DNA from: Gekko japonicus
Lineage: Eukaryota
Direction: 5' to 3'
DNA: 64,000 nucleotides
NCBI RefSeq assembly: GCF_001447785.1
Contig: NW_015164181.1
Location: 3,792,374 to 3,856,373, forward strand
The notes below the pieces were generated by a model. That model was not told where the DNA came from and made no database searches. It was given only the letters and a program-made list of their open reading frames with translations. A program made the translations under genes and the position numbers. This document shows, in pieces, positions 49,731-62,493 of this stretch (position 1 is its first letter; every line of letters starts with the position of its first letter).

Positions 49731-49982
49731 CCAGTCTGGTGTAGTAGTTAAGAGCGGCAGACTCTAATCTGGAGAACTGGGTTTGATTCCCCAGTCCTTC
49801 ACATGAAGCCAGCTGGGTGACCTTGGGTCAGTCACAGTTCTCTCAAGAGCTCTTTCAGCCCCACCCACCACACTGGTGTCTGTTGTGGGGAAAGGAAGGG
49901 AAGGAGAATGTATACTGCTCTGAGACTCCAAGTGCAGGGCGGGGTATAAATCCAACTCTCCTCCTCCTTCTCCTCCTCCTCC
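49731..49982 (+). mobile_element. Squam3-like SINE
   Basis: Family copy with (CTC)n tail. Confidence 0.75.
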
Positions 49983-52134
49983 ATTGCATGCCTCCATCTT
50001 TTCTGTCCCTCCCCAAACCCCACCCTCCTTAGGATCTACCCCCTAAATCTCCAGGTATTTCCCAACTCTGAGTTGGCAATCCTAGCGGCACTTGATATGG
50101 GAACCCTACCCATATCAAATCACGGTACATTATTGTAAGCTGCCTTAAATCGAGAAGAAAGGTGGGATTTAAATGTTCTAACAACTAAATAAACTATTTT
50201 GGAATCTACTTGTTTGCCCTAAAAGGATTCATTCAATTCCCTTATGCCCCTGCGATGCTACTGGCACTGCTTGCCCACTAACAGCATACAATAAAAAGCC
50301 TTTGATTGCAGAAATCACTGTAGAGCCTTGTAAGTCTCAAGGAAGCCTTCCCCCTCTACCAACCTTAAGTACCTGACACTGACAGTGCCAATTTCCCCAG
50401 CCTCACAACATAAATGAAAAGGATAAGCGTGGTACAGCACCAAAACCATCCACCAGCCAACGATGGTTTGATTAGACATGACATGCCAGCCACGCCAATC
50501 TTACCTTCCTATTAGAAATGACTCAATGAAAGGGGTGCCAGGCAACACTAAGAGGATCCTGAGCCAGACAAAATGACTAGAGTAACAATGCTTTACAACT
50601 TGACCTTTACTTGAGTCACAGAGCACCCTGGGTACAAAACCTGGCATTATTAGGTTGCCCTGGGCCCTCCAACAAACCTGTCCTCTACCACACATCCAGC
50701 CATGCTGCTTTGAGCTCTTCACAAAATGGTTACTCCAAAACTGCAGAGGGGTTGCCTGGATACATTTCAGGACACAAACTGAGTAACATCCATATATCTG
50801 ACTTTTACTTTAACTGAAGGCTTGGTGCCTCTTGGGCTTAGCATTCAGTCCGCAAAGTCTTGCAGACTGATGCTCCCTGGGGCTGAACATTCCAGAGGAG
50901 AGCCTTCTTCAAAGGTTGGTTCTCCATACGGTAGGACTGCCAACCTCCAGGTGGGGCCTGGAGAACTCACAGAATGACAACTGATCTGCAGGCTACAGAT
51001 ATCAGTTGGTCCCTTGGATAAAAATGGCTGCTTTGGACTCTATGGGATTCTACTGTGCTGAGATCACTTCCTTACCTAAACCCTGCCCTCTCCCCAGGCT
51101 GTCCCCCCAAATCTCCAGGATTTGGCAACCCAACAGGAACCAAGCTCCAAGAATCTTGGGGACTGTAGTAAGAGTACACAACAGAGGTCTATTCTACATG
51201 GCAACTGCTGTTATAATGGAGAAAGGAAGACAGAAAGGGTTCAGAAGTGGTTGGAAACTCTACTCTGATGGAAGTGGCTGTTCCTCTGGTGGAAGAGCTA
51301 CATCTGGAGGGGGAAGGTTCCATGGGCTGGAGGAAGACTTCCAGCTTGGCTGAGCAGAGCGGTAGGATACAAGTCACTGTTTTAAGTAGAATGTGAATGT
51401 GAATCAGTAAATGCCCTTGGCTAATCAAGTAGTCAGTGCTGTAATATATAAGGTTATGAGGACTGAAAAGAGACAGTATTTGTAATTTCCTTTTTTTAAA
51501 AGTTTTTATTGCTTTTTAAACATTATTCATACTACATAGGAATTCTACTTATCTGTCCTAAAATTAAACAAGCCTCGTTTGTCTACATAAAATTTTACAA
51601 AGCATAGTCACGTTTCTGCAGTAAAAAAAAAAAATAAGCAGGTCTCGATAATAAAGATTTTACCCCTTTCTGTTAAATATTCTACTACAGCGGTGGTAGG
51701 CAAACTGCGGCTCTAGAGCCACATGTGGCTCTTTGGCCCCTTGAGTGTGGCTCTTCCACTGTAGGCGCTGACGGCCTATTCCCTCCATTGTTCTCTATGG
51801 TAACTTTTTTCCTACCATAGAGAACAATGGAGGGGATGGGGCAACCTGTTTGGGGGCCTGTAGAATTGGACCCCCTGGTTCAATGTTCCTGAAACATGGT
51901 GGGTATCTTGGGGAGAGGCTCCAGCAGCTACCCTGCGATTCTGGAGCCTCTCCCTCAAACCCCCTCCCCTCCAGCCCCCAGAATACACCCTATGTTTTCA
52001 CCATTGACTTCAATGGCCCATAGGATATAATGGGGCCGAACTGTGGGAAGCCCCAGCAGCCCTCAGGCTGGAGCACCTGGAGCAGTCTTGGGAGGTGAAT
52101 TGGCAAAAAGCAAAACCAAAAACACAGGAACTCG

Positions 52135-53080
52135 NNNNNNNNNNNNNNNNNNNNNNNNNNNNNNNNNNNNNNNNNNNNNNNNNNNNNNNNNNNNNNNNNN
52201 NNNNNNNNNNNNNNNNNNNNNNNNNNNNNNNNNNNNNNNNNNNNNNNNNNNNNNNNNNNNNNNNNNNNNNNNNNNNNNNNNNNNNNNNNNNNNNNNNNNN
52301 NNNNNNNNNNNNNNNNNNNNNNNNNNNNNNNNNNNNNNNNNNNNNNNNNNNNNNNNNNNNNNNNNNNNNNNNNNNNNNNNNNNNNNNNNNNNNNNNNNNN
52401 NNNNNNNNNNNNNNNNNNNNNNNNNNNNNNNNNNNNNNNNNNNNNNNNNNNNNNNNNNNNNNNNNNNNNNNNNNNNNNNNNNNNNNNNNNNNNNNNNNNN
52501 NNNNNNNNNNNNNNNNNNNNNNNNNNNNNNNNNNNNNNNNNNNNNNNNNNNNNNNNNNNNNNNNNNNNNNNNNNNNNNNNNNNNNNNNNNNNNNNNNNNN
52601 NNNNNNNNNNNNNNNNNNNNNNNNNNNNNNNNNNNNNNNNNNNNNNNNNNNNNNNNNNNNNNNNNNNNNNNNNNNNNNNNNNNNNNNNNNNNNNNNNNNN
52701 NNNNNNNNNNNNNNNNNNNNNNNNNNNNNNNNNNNNNNNNNNNNNNNNNNNNNNNNNNNNNNNNNNNNNNNNNNNNNNNNNNNNNNNNNNNNNNNNNNNN
52801 NNNNNNNNNNNNNNNNNNNNNNNNNNNNNNNNNNNNNNNNNNNNNNNNNNNNNNNNNNNNNNNNNNNNNNNNNNNNNNNNNNNNNNNNNNNNNNNNNNNN
52901 NNNNNNNNNNNNNNNNNNNNNNNNNNNNNNNNNNNNNNNNNNNNNNNNNNNNNNNNNNNNNNNNNNNNNNNNNNNNNNNNNNNNNNNNNNNNNNNNNNNN
53001 NNNNNNNNNNNNNNNNNNNNNNNNNNNNNNNNNNNNNNNNNNNNNNNNNNNNNNNNNNNNNNNNNNNNNNNNNNNNNNNT
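52135..53080. other. Assembly gap (946 N)
   Basis: Run of n. Confidence 1.
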
Positions 53081-53898
53081 AGAGATGAAATATATTGTGA
53101 ACAATCAAGCTTGCGTTCAGGGACACTGAACCTGTTAATATGAAATGCTGTTGAGAGAATGGGGGAGGGCAAACAGCTCTTTGAGCTTCCAGAGGCCTCT
53201 GGAAGGCTGCAGTTGGGAACAGAATGCTAGCTGCTAGCTAAGAACCTTGAATCTGGTCCAGCGAGGCCATACATATTGATGCTTTCTAGTGTGTGCCTAA
53301 AATTAAAAACAACAACATACAAACCTGACTTACCCAAACTTTCCAAGGAGATGCAAGGCCATTGTTCACATTAGTGTTTGTCAGTCATTGTCATGATTTA
53401 ATTTTATGGATACTTTGGACATATAGAGAGGATGAATGAAAGGAGATGAAACAAGTATACAAGACGAGTGTGGATGGGAGAGTTGGAAGGGGTTGACCTC
53501 AGCGAACGTACCTCGATCAGACTGAGAACATTTTCAGCAAAGGCCAGTTTAGGAGTACCCTAATTAAGTTAATAACAATGTACCTACCTATATAGTTTAA
53601 GTTTAAAAAATTTGGCTCTCAAAATAAATTTCAATCGTTGTACTGTTGATATTTGGCTCTCTTGACTAATGAGTTTGCCCACCACTGAACCAAAGAGCTT
53701 GAAAAGATTTTTGATCATTGAGCAAGTTAGGCGTGATTGATTGAGATGTGATTTTACTTAAAGCAAAGTGATCCCATAGTTTGTTTTGCCACATTTGAAG
53801 TGTAGGGCTAGATTGTTCTCTCCAGTTTTTTGCAATTCGAATTCTCGCAGTCGCTAAAAGATTAGAGATTAATTTAATTTAATTTTTGTTTTCTTCAG

Positions 53899-53940
53899 AA
53901 TTTGGCCATTGCGATAAGAGGACCGTCTCCGGCAGTTCTG
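53899..53940 (+). other. Candidate internal 5' UTR exon of the second Schlafen
   Basis: TTTTTGTTTTCTTCAG|AAT...CTG|GTAAGT; 42 nt; no ATG. Confidence 0.5.
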
Positions 53941-54515
53941 GTAAGTTACACCCCGTGATTATATGAATGTGTTTTAGAATTCGTTGCCCGCCAGTACTTT
54001 TTAATCAATGGGCAGTGCCACCAGCAATGTAAATAGTATCCTACTGGCCCTCAGTTTTCCCAACATTTTGGGCTTACTTTAGGGTTTATACGGTGGATTC
54101 TAGTTGGGTATTTGTATTTGTATTTTCCTATTTCCTGCTTTGGGGAGGGTGGAATAAAAATAAAATAAAATAAATAAAATAAATAAGGTGCTACTAAACT
54201 TTAATTTTGTTCTGACAACAGATCACTACAACGTTTTATCGTTTCCCCCCACCCTTCAAGTCGCACCCAACATGGTGACCTTGTAGGGTATTAACTGCAA
54301 GAAATGCACAGAGGTGGTTTGCCACTGCCTGCCTCTGTGTAGCAACCCTGGACTTTCTCGGTGGTCTCTCATCCCAGTACTAACCAGGGATGACTCTGCT
54401 TAGCAGCTGAGATCTGGTGAGATCAAGCTAGCCAGACCGTGGCTTTATCACTATAGTTATCTAGAAATTGCCATTTTTAAAAGCCAAAGCAAAGGGAATG
54501 GCAGCTGTGGGTACA

Positions 54516-54796
54516 CAGTTTGGTGTAGTGGTTAAGTCTGCGGACTCTAATCTGGGAGAACTGGGTTTGATTCCCCACTCCTCCACTTGCACCTGCTGAT
54601 GTGACCTTGAGTCAGTCACAAACTCTGGCACAGCTGTCCTTGAAAAAGAGCAGTTTGTGTCAGAGCTCTCTCAGCCCCACCCACCTCACAGGGTGTCTGC
54701 TGTGGGGAGGGGAAGGGAAAGGAGTTTGTAAGCCGCTCTGAGACTCCGAGTGAAGGGCGGGGTATAAATCCAATCTCTTCTTCTTCTTCTTCTTCT
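54516..54796 (+). mobile_element. Squam3-like SINE
   Basis: Full-length copy with (CTT)n tail. Confidence 0.82.
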
Positions 54797-57231
54797 GAGG
54801 CAAGACCACATGAACACATGAGGTTGCCTTATCTGACAATTACTCTGTCAGTGTCAGTACTGAGTATTTGGACAGGCAGCAGTCCAAGCCATTCACATCA
54901 CCTAACACTTGATCCTTCTTTTTAAAGCGCAGGTGCCAGGGATCGAAGCAGGGACTCACTGCATGAGAAACATGGCATGTTAACACAGTTGACTGTCCTT
55001 TAAAAAAGATTGTATCAAACTATGTCTGGGAAAGATCACAACAAAGCAGGGGAAAACTTTGGAGACAAAGTTTTGTTGAGACTCCAACCCCCCCCCCCCC
55101 AACAACAAAAAACCTGCTCCAATTTGGATGCCAAACTAGAGCAAAATCTCCATGTGGAAGCAACTCAAGTCTAGTTCAGTGTATGATTTCTCATCAAGGA
55201 TGTGATTCGGGATTAAGAGGACATCCTCAGATCTTGATAATACTTCTGACTCTGAATTCCTTTGACAACTAGGCCAGCATTTGTCTGAATATTTCTGGGC
55301 AGGTGTAAAATATCTTAGTACTGACTTGTGGCAGTATTGTGTCAAAAGACTCCATTATCTTCAAAAACATCCAGTGACTCACTTGTCCAATGTGGAATGT
55401 CTGCTCTAGGCATTGGAGGCTTAGATAGAATGGGGTTGTGGCCTTCTCATGCTGGTTCCCAATATATTTCTCAAATCAGTTGCTTTTAGAACTGGAAGGG
55501 AAGGGCTATGGTTCAGTGAAAGAGCCTCTCATTTGCATGCAGAGGGTCCCAGTTTCAATCTCTAGCATCTCCAGTTAAAAAGGACCAGTTGATGTGAAAG
55601 ACCTGAGCCTGAGACCCTGGAGAGCTGCTGCCAGTCTGAGAAGACACTACTGACCTTGATGGACCAAGGGTCTGATTCAGTAGAAGGCAGCTTCATGGGT
55701 GTCTTCAGCTGGCGTGCAAGTGATCGCAAAGAGCTGTGAAGTGAAAGTGCTCTATGTGAACTCTACAGCATTGACTTTAATGTTCCTCCCCACCCCAGCC
55801 CCGGTAGAATATGACTGCTGCAGAAGAGAAGCTGAGCCGTGACTTCAATTCAGACTATCCTGAAGTTGTCGTAAGAGTGGGGGAAATAACATTTGGTGAA
55901 GAACAAAGAAGCATGAAGGACAGGGTTAAAGAAATTGAAGCAATGTTTCGGGAGCAGAATAAGAAGGATAAGTCCAAAAAAGCCAACAAAGATACTGAAA
56001 AACTAATAAGCCAATTAAAAAGCAAGCTAGAGGAGAAACTAAAAAAGCAAGTGACTGATCTCAACCAAGCAGCCTGTGCCTTACTCAACTCAGGGGGAGG
56101 AGTGATAAGAGCCGAAATTGAGAATAAGGACTATTCCTATAAGCGACACAGGATCGGACTGGACATAGAAGATTCCTTTCGGGAGTGTATTCAGAACAAA
56201 GACTTCTCTGAATATTTTGACTTTCAACAGGAAGAGTTTTCCATGTTGATTTTTGTGAAATCATGGAGCAGCGAAAATTTGGCATACCCACGTGTTTGCA
56301 GCCTGAACATGGGATTGAATGAGCGCTCCAGTTCGTCGACTGTGAAAATGAAACCCGCAAATGCTGTGCATTTTCTCAAAAGGAAGAAAGATCATGCCAA
56401 GAGAGGTTCTGGGTGGCAGGCAGGACCCACACCTGCAAATATTCAAAAACGTTTGTGGGGATCTGGTGTGCAAATACATTAATGATGCTGCCACTCAGTT
56501 TTTCGAACGAGAACGACTGGACTTTGGAGAGATCTTGGATTTCACTGAGTCGACCATGGTTGAGTTTAAGGATTTCCCAAGAGATAAGGACAACTATGAG
56601 TTTGCTAGAAGCATCCTACCACGCTATGCCTCCGCTTTTGCAAACACAAAAGGGGGATACTTGATTTTTGGTGTGGACAATCACCGTAGAGTTGTTGGAT
56701 GTAAAAGAAATATATGTCCGTCCCATTTTGTAGAGGTAGTTGGTGAAACCATTGGCACACTGCCCGTCTTCCACTTCTGCGCTTCTGAGGAAAAAGTGGT
56801 GTTTTTATGTAAAGTCTTGCAAGTTTATGATAGCAGTGAAAATGGAGAGGAAAAGGAACGTGGTTATGTCTTTGTAGTGAGAATTAAGCCATCTTGCTGC
56901 ATTGTTTTCGAGAGAACACCAGATTCATGGATCATAGAGGCTGGCGAGGTGAAGAGGTTGACGTGCACTGACTGGACTCTACTGATGACAGAGGAAGACC
57001 CAGGTCCTGTTAGAAATGTGACCTTTTTAGAGTTGCATTTGGAATTTATGAGCATGATCAGTGGTGGTGATTGGGGATGAGACTCCAAATCTTGTGTGGG
57101 GTAGCTCTCAAAGGAGTTGTGTTTACGAGCTATCAAGAAGGGCCCAGAGGGATACCACAGTCCTTAAACTGTGAGGCAGGGGAATATGGGGGTGATTTAT
57201 AGTTATTACTTGCACTTAATTCATTCAAAAC

Positions 57232-57571
57232 CAGGGGTCGTTTCATAGAAAAAGAGCTAGCGGAACTCATTAGCATAACTCATTAGCATATGCCACACCC
57301 CCTGACATCAGGGGCCCGGCGGTGGACCTGCAAGGCCGGCGGGAGTGTGAGGAAGCCCCGCCAAGGCCCTCCCTGGCCCCAGGCAGGCAGGGGTGGGGAG
57401 AGGCGGGGAGGAAGCAACTTACCCTCCCTCTTCTCCTGCCTCTTCCTGGCTGAATGAGGGCCGGAAGCGGGGCGGCCGGAAGCGGGGGCGGGGCTTCGTC
57501 GTGTGCCCCGCCCCCTGCCCCTCACCTGGGAAAATTGCGATCCCCCGCGATCCCCCCCGAATTGACCTCTG
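57232..57571 (+). mobile_element. Young non-autonomous hAT element
   Basis: TIRs and 8-bp TSD TTCAAAAC; inverted near-copy of 44978-45319. Confidence 0.85.
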
Positions 57572-57952
57572 TTCAAAACACATATATTACTATATATATT
57601 ATAACGCTTCCAAACAGCCTGCAAGGTGGCTCGGTGCTATTATCTTATTGCAGGAGGAATTGCACTGAGAAAAGTCACTTGCCTAAAGCACTTATGTGAT
57701 GGCTAAATGGAGCCTCCCTGTTCAGAGGCAGAGTGTCGCAGCATGACAGTTCCAAGGGGGGCTACACGAAGGGAGGGCTGTTGCCTTAATGTCCTGCAAG
57801 CTACCCAGTCATGCAGAAGAGGAGGGAGTATCGGGGGAGGAAAGAAGGCAGGAGAGAGAAAGTGACTGAGAGGTAGAGATATCCCTGCTGATCTTGGAGT
57901 CCAACTGAGAGTACAGCAGGGATGAAGGAGGTCCAGTTAGCTGCGCAGCAAG

Positions 57953-58390
57953 CAGGGCTATTTTGGGGCAGGAACGCACAGGAATGGAGTTCCGGCTGGC
58001 TTCAGAGTTGGCCACACCCATTATAGCCAAAACCTCTGCATGTGTGGCTACAGAGGGAAGGCCTGAAGAGTGACCCCCTAGGCGACTCTGAGATGGGTGG
58101 GCCAAGGGGGCCCTGGAAGGATCAAGGAGGCATTTAAATTCCTCCCCGTTCCTTCCCCAGCCTGTGCAAGGGCTGGCTTGCCCTGACTCCCTGCAGCCGC
58201 GGGGCGCCCGGGCAAGCCAAGGGAAGGCAGTTTAAACTGCCTCCCCTTCCCTCCAAGGGCTGGCTTGCCCAGGCAAGCCAAGGGAAGGCATGGGATTTGT
58301 GGCCTAATATGCTAATGAGCTGTGCTGTCAGGGGTGTGGCCTAATATGCTAATGAGTTCCTGCTGGGCTTTTTCTACAAAAAAAGCCCTG
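57953..58390 (-). mobile_element. Related hAT MITE with ATGCTAATGAG subterminal repeats
   Basis: CAGGGCTATTTT...AAAAAGCCCTG; TSD GCAGCAAG/CCAGCAAG. Shorter relative at 63012-63195. Confidence 0.7.
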
Positions 58391-59456
58391 CCAGCAAGTA
58401 AATCTCAAACAGGGAAAGCAGGACAGTGTCTCCTGCATCAGACAGAGGCTCAAACTGTTTGCAAGGTATGAGTGGTCTTGAAAGAGGCAAAAGAACATTT
58501 TGGGGAAGGAGTTGTATAAAGCAAGTAGGCGGAGCTCAACGGGGGGGTATTTTTTCCTGGGCTTGGAAACAAAGGGAGGTAGATGTAAGAGCCCTCCATG
58601 CAGGTTGTGCCACAGATTGTGCCAGGTGGCTAGTACTAGATTGGTCCTAGAACGGGAGGAGGCTGAGAGCAAATTCAGATTGTAGGTAAAGAAATGGGGC
58701 TTGAAAGTGGCTGGTCCCAAACAGAGGTTTCTGGGAGAGGCAGTGGGCATCCTAGTGCCAGTTTGGTTAAGTTCAGCCACAGTAGTAAATGAGGGGATAT
58801 GTAAATGATGAAGGTCATGGCATTGGTGGCAAAAAGTCCACGGGTGAAATGACTGGAGGTGACTAAATGCAGTCTCATCACTCTTATCTTACTTGAGGGT
58901 TTTGCATTTTACTCTTATTTACTCTGTAGATGTGTCACATTTTGCTGAAGGATTCCAGATCGAATTAAGCAGGTCCTGTGAGCCCCCACTCAGCAAATCG
59001 GTGTATTCTAACAAAGGCCTCACCTGCGTGAAGACTCTTCAAAGCACTTTATTCCCAGGTAGGCTCCTACTTTGGTCGTGGAATGAGGATCACTGTGGAT
59101 GTGCAATTGTTATCATAAATATTAATGTAATATTATATTGTAGGGTCATAGAATTAGGAAGGGTCTTGGAAACCACCTAGTCCAACCTTCTGCACTAGGG
59201 GGAGCATCCCCACCACCTCCAGCTGCTCATTTCTGCCCTGTGCAGGAACAGGAGGAAATTGGGGGAGGGAGGAAGTACTGCAACATCGCTTCCGGCGGCA
59301 CAACCAGAAATGATGTCACATGTCGCCACAACACTCTAGCAACCCCCCAAATCTCTATGGTTTTACTAGAGTGTTGCTGCAATGTGTGACATCACCCCTA
59401 GTTATGCAATTGGAAGTGACATTGCAACATCACTTCTAGTCACATGTCACCACAAT

Positions 59457-59795
59457 AGGGTTGCCAGTCCCCAGGTGCTGGCGGGAAATCCCTTGGTTCG
59501 GGGGGAGGGTTCCCTCTGCTGTGTACCAGCTGGCAGGCAGAGGAAACTCCTCTCCTAAACAGGGACGTTGCACAGACACACTCTGGTATTTGGGCAACCT
59601 ATGGTTTTGAGGGAGAAAAACCATAGAGTTTTGCCCAAATACCAGAGCATCCCCTGTGCGACATCCCCAAAGCAGTGATGTCACTTCGGGAGGTGATGTC
59701 ATTGCACTGGGGACATCACGTGACATCCCCACCCACCCATGAACCCCCCCCCCCCAAATCCCCCTGCTGGAGGAATGAGGAGACCTGGCAACCCT
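59457..59795. mobile_element. TAGGGTTGCCA-TIR MITE (very abundant family)
   Basis: TAGGGTTGCCAG...CTGGCAACCCTA with CACCACAA/TACCACAA flanks. Many relatives (e.g. ~1460, 5136, 21549, 42150, 50931). Confidence 0.7.
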
Positions 59796-60044
59796 ATACC
59801 ACAATTGCCTCTGTTATGCAATTGAAAATGATGTTGCAGCATCGCACAACACCACACGGCATCTAATCCTGTCTCTAAAAGTTCCCAGGGGTGGCCATCC
59901 TACTGTACATGGTCCTGCAAACTCAAAGGTATCCCAACAGGTGTCTGTCTAATTTCTGCTTGAAGACTTTCAGTAAGGGAAAGACAATCCACCTGTATTT
60001 GGTCCCATTGTCAAACTGTTCAAAGTTTCTCCTAATCTTCAACC

Positions 60045-60506
60045 AGTTGTACGGCTGTGGTTAGGAAAGCACTCCAGACGGTTATCATCACAGCCTAGAA
60101 GATCATTCGCTGCCCTGTCCCATTCCTGGAGGAATTGTATAGTTCTCGATGTTTGAAAAAAGCAAAGAACATTCTGTAGGATTTGTCAGATCCTGAACAT
60201 TCCCTGTTTGAACTGCTGCCTTCGGGCAGAAGATATAGGACAATTAAAACAAGGACAAACAGATTAAAAAATAGTTTTTATTCGAGAGCTATTACTGCCT
60301 TAAATGCTGTATGAAATTGGAATTTGGGTGACATTAGTGGTTTTAAGTTGCTATGTGAACCTTAAGGGAGTTATGAGATAGTTGTGAATGATTGTGTGAG
60401 TGTATATGAATACTGTTGTAGATCACCGAAATGATTGCATCTTAATTTCGTTGTACTATGTACAATGACAATTAAGTATACTATTATTATTATTATTATT
60501 ATTATT
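60045..60506 (+). mobile_element. Rex1/Babar LINE 3' end
   Basis: RKALQTVI...HSLFELLPSGRRYRTIKTRTNRLKNSFY with in-frame stops; (ATT)n tail. Confidence 0.8.
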
Positions 60507-62325
60507 TCTACCCTCTTGTAAGCAAGTTAGTAATGAGGGGGTACTCTTAAGCATAGCCATCCAGACCTACTATTACAGATGAACAACCTTTTAGACCAGG
60601 GATCCCCAACGAGGTGCCCTTGAGCACCATGGCATTGGCTGACACTATTCCTGGTGCCCACCACTGTTTTCAGAAAATGGGAGGGGACAGGAGGGGCTTT
60701 TGCCCAGTAGGGCTTCTGATTGACCACTGGATACCTGATTAACTGTGCATATCAAAAGGCATCCTTTTAAAGAGAGCTTCTGGCTGAATTGTGGAACAGT
60801 AACTATGTTGTTATGCCTAACCTCATTCCCTGAGATTCTGTGGTTGGCTCTGTTTCCTGTGGCAGCCATTTTGTGTCAGCCATCTTGTTTCAGCCAACTT
60901 GTGTCAGCATTCCCAAGGCACGCACAGGCTCAAAAAGGTTGAGGACCCCTAGTTTATACTAACCATCTCTGGTGTTTAAGACTCAGGGAGATATAAAGTG
61001 TCACATCTGCCTCATGGTCTCACCGAAATGGCTTTGGCGGCATCAGTGCCCTGCTGGCAGTGCCGTACCAGCAACACGGTGCCTCTGGCAGCTGCTACTC
61101 TGAATTAGCCTATCTGATGACAGTCCTCCCCTACACCGGAGTCAGAGAGCAACAGCTTTCCTCATTCACAGCTTCCAGAGGTGGAGCCTCCTAATGGTCA
61201 CTGTTACTGGCAGGGGTGTGCGTCTATCCCCGGGTGTGGGTGGGGCCGATGGGTGGATCCACTCACCCTTCTCACAAAGCCTGCTTGCTTTGCTATTTTG
61301 AAACAAACTGTACTCAACTTTCTAGTACACCCAGATGGAATAGTCTGTAAACCAGAGGAACTTTGTGAAGAGGTTTTCTTGGAATATCCCAGCCTGAAAG
61401 ACATCATGATGAAGAAAATGGAGGAAGTATCACCTTCCCTGGGGATCCTGATCTTTTCAAGAAGCTGGGCTGTTGATGTTGGGCTGCAGAAGCATCCGTA
61501 TGTTTCCTATGATATCCTCTTAGTCGCCGCAGATACCTTCCCAACTCTATACACGGTTACTGTGGATAAGGATTATTCTGTTTCTTCAACAGTCCCTGCG
61601 TTGGAATATTCAAGGAATGTTGCCTGTACATTAAAGCAGAAACTGGTGAATGAAGGGGGATACACTCAGAAAGTGTGTGTGTTTCCACATGTCATTGAGC
61701 TTAGATCCAATGGAGAGATAAAGACAGATTTGAGTTGGCCGGTCACATACCCTCTTGGCTACCTGGTCTCCAGGGATGGTTTAGAAGGACTGCTGCAAGC
61801 CCTTTGTGATTGCCTTGCTAAGGTTTAGGTCTTTCTTAAGTGACCAGATTGGCTGTGAATTTTTTAACCTTCTCACCTTTAAACAATATGAGATCCTAAC
61901 TAAGAATCTCCATAAGAGCAAGAAACTGTTCATCTACGGCCTTCCAGGATCAGGGAAAACTGTCGTGGCCTTGCAGATCATACAGAAGATAATGAACATT
62001 TTCCAGTGCAGCTCTGGTGAGATCCTTTACATTTGTGAAAACAGACCTCTGTGTAAGACCGTGAGATAAGCATTTTTGCCATGTGTTGCCTGAAAGCATC
62101 TGTATCTCTCTTCTGGTGTCAGTTGGTCCCCATATGGACAAAAAAGGATGAGTTATAGGGTGTGCGTGCAAAAAAAGAGAGACTGTCCTGATGGTAGAGC
62201 TTACCTGTCATTGAAGAAAATATAGGTCAAGGGAGGGGTAAAACTGATCCCTTGTATCAAAAAGAATATACTTAAGCTGGATCCCTTTCTCAGGATTCTA
62301 CCATTGTACACCCTAAAAATTCTGG

Positions 62326-62493
62326 TGGGTAGCCATGTTGGTCTGAAGCAGTAGAACAAAGTCTGAGTCCAGTGGCACCTTTAAGACCAACCAAGTTTAA
62401 TTCTGGGTATAAGCTTTCGTGCATGCACATTAAAGCTTATACCCAGAATTAAACTTCGCTGGTCTTAAAGGTGCCACTGGACTCAAGCTTTGT
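62326..62493. mobile_element. Penelope-like palindromic remnant
   Basis: Inverted arms TGAGTCCAGTGGCACCTTTAAGACCA...TGGTCTTAAAGGTGCCACTGGACTCA; CCTAAAAA-TCTG flanking repeat. Confidence 0.65.

Larger units (their letters stand above)
55811..62065 (+). pseudogene. SLFN: Second group III Schlafen, disrupted (exons 55811-57003, 58930-59058, 61326-62065; last exon not seen in window)
   Basis: Exon-for-exon paralogue of 25298-30138. Frameshift at ~56474 (stop at 56480-56482), extra T at ~61805 (stop at 61826-61828), and donor GT changed to AT at 62066. Confidence 0.85.

Noticed and set aside
50372-50722. Possible upstream coding exon of the Kelch gene (donors at 50504 and 50372)
   Set aside because: The phase-0 frame needed to join the ATG exon hits nearby stops. 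The AAG|GTAAGA exon may be 5' UTR only.
51990-53172. Several 340-380 aa ORFs
   Set aside because: Artefacts of translating through the N gap.
56361-56482. Programmed frameshift rescuing Schlafen 2
   Set aside because: No slippery heptamer is evident, the shift is explained by an 8-nt deletion, and two further lesions follow.
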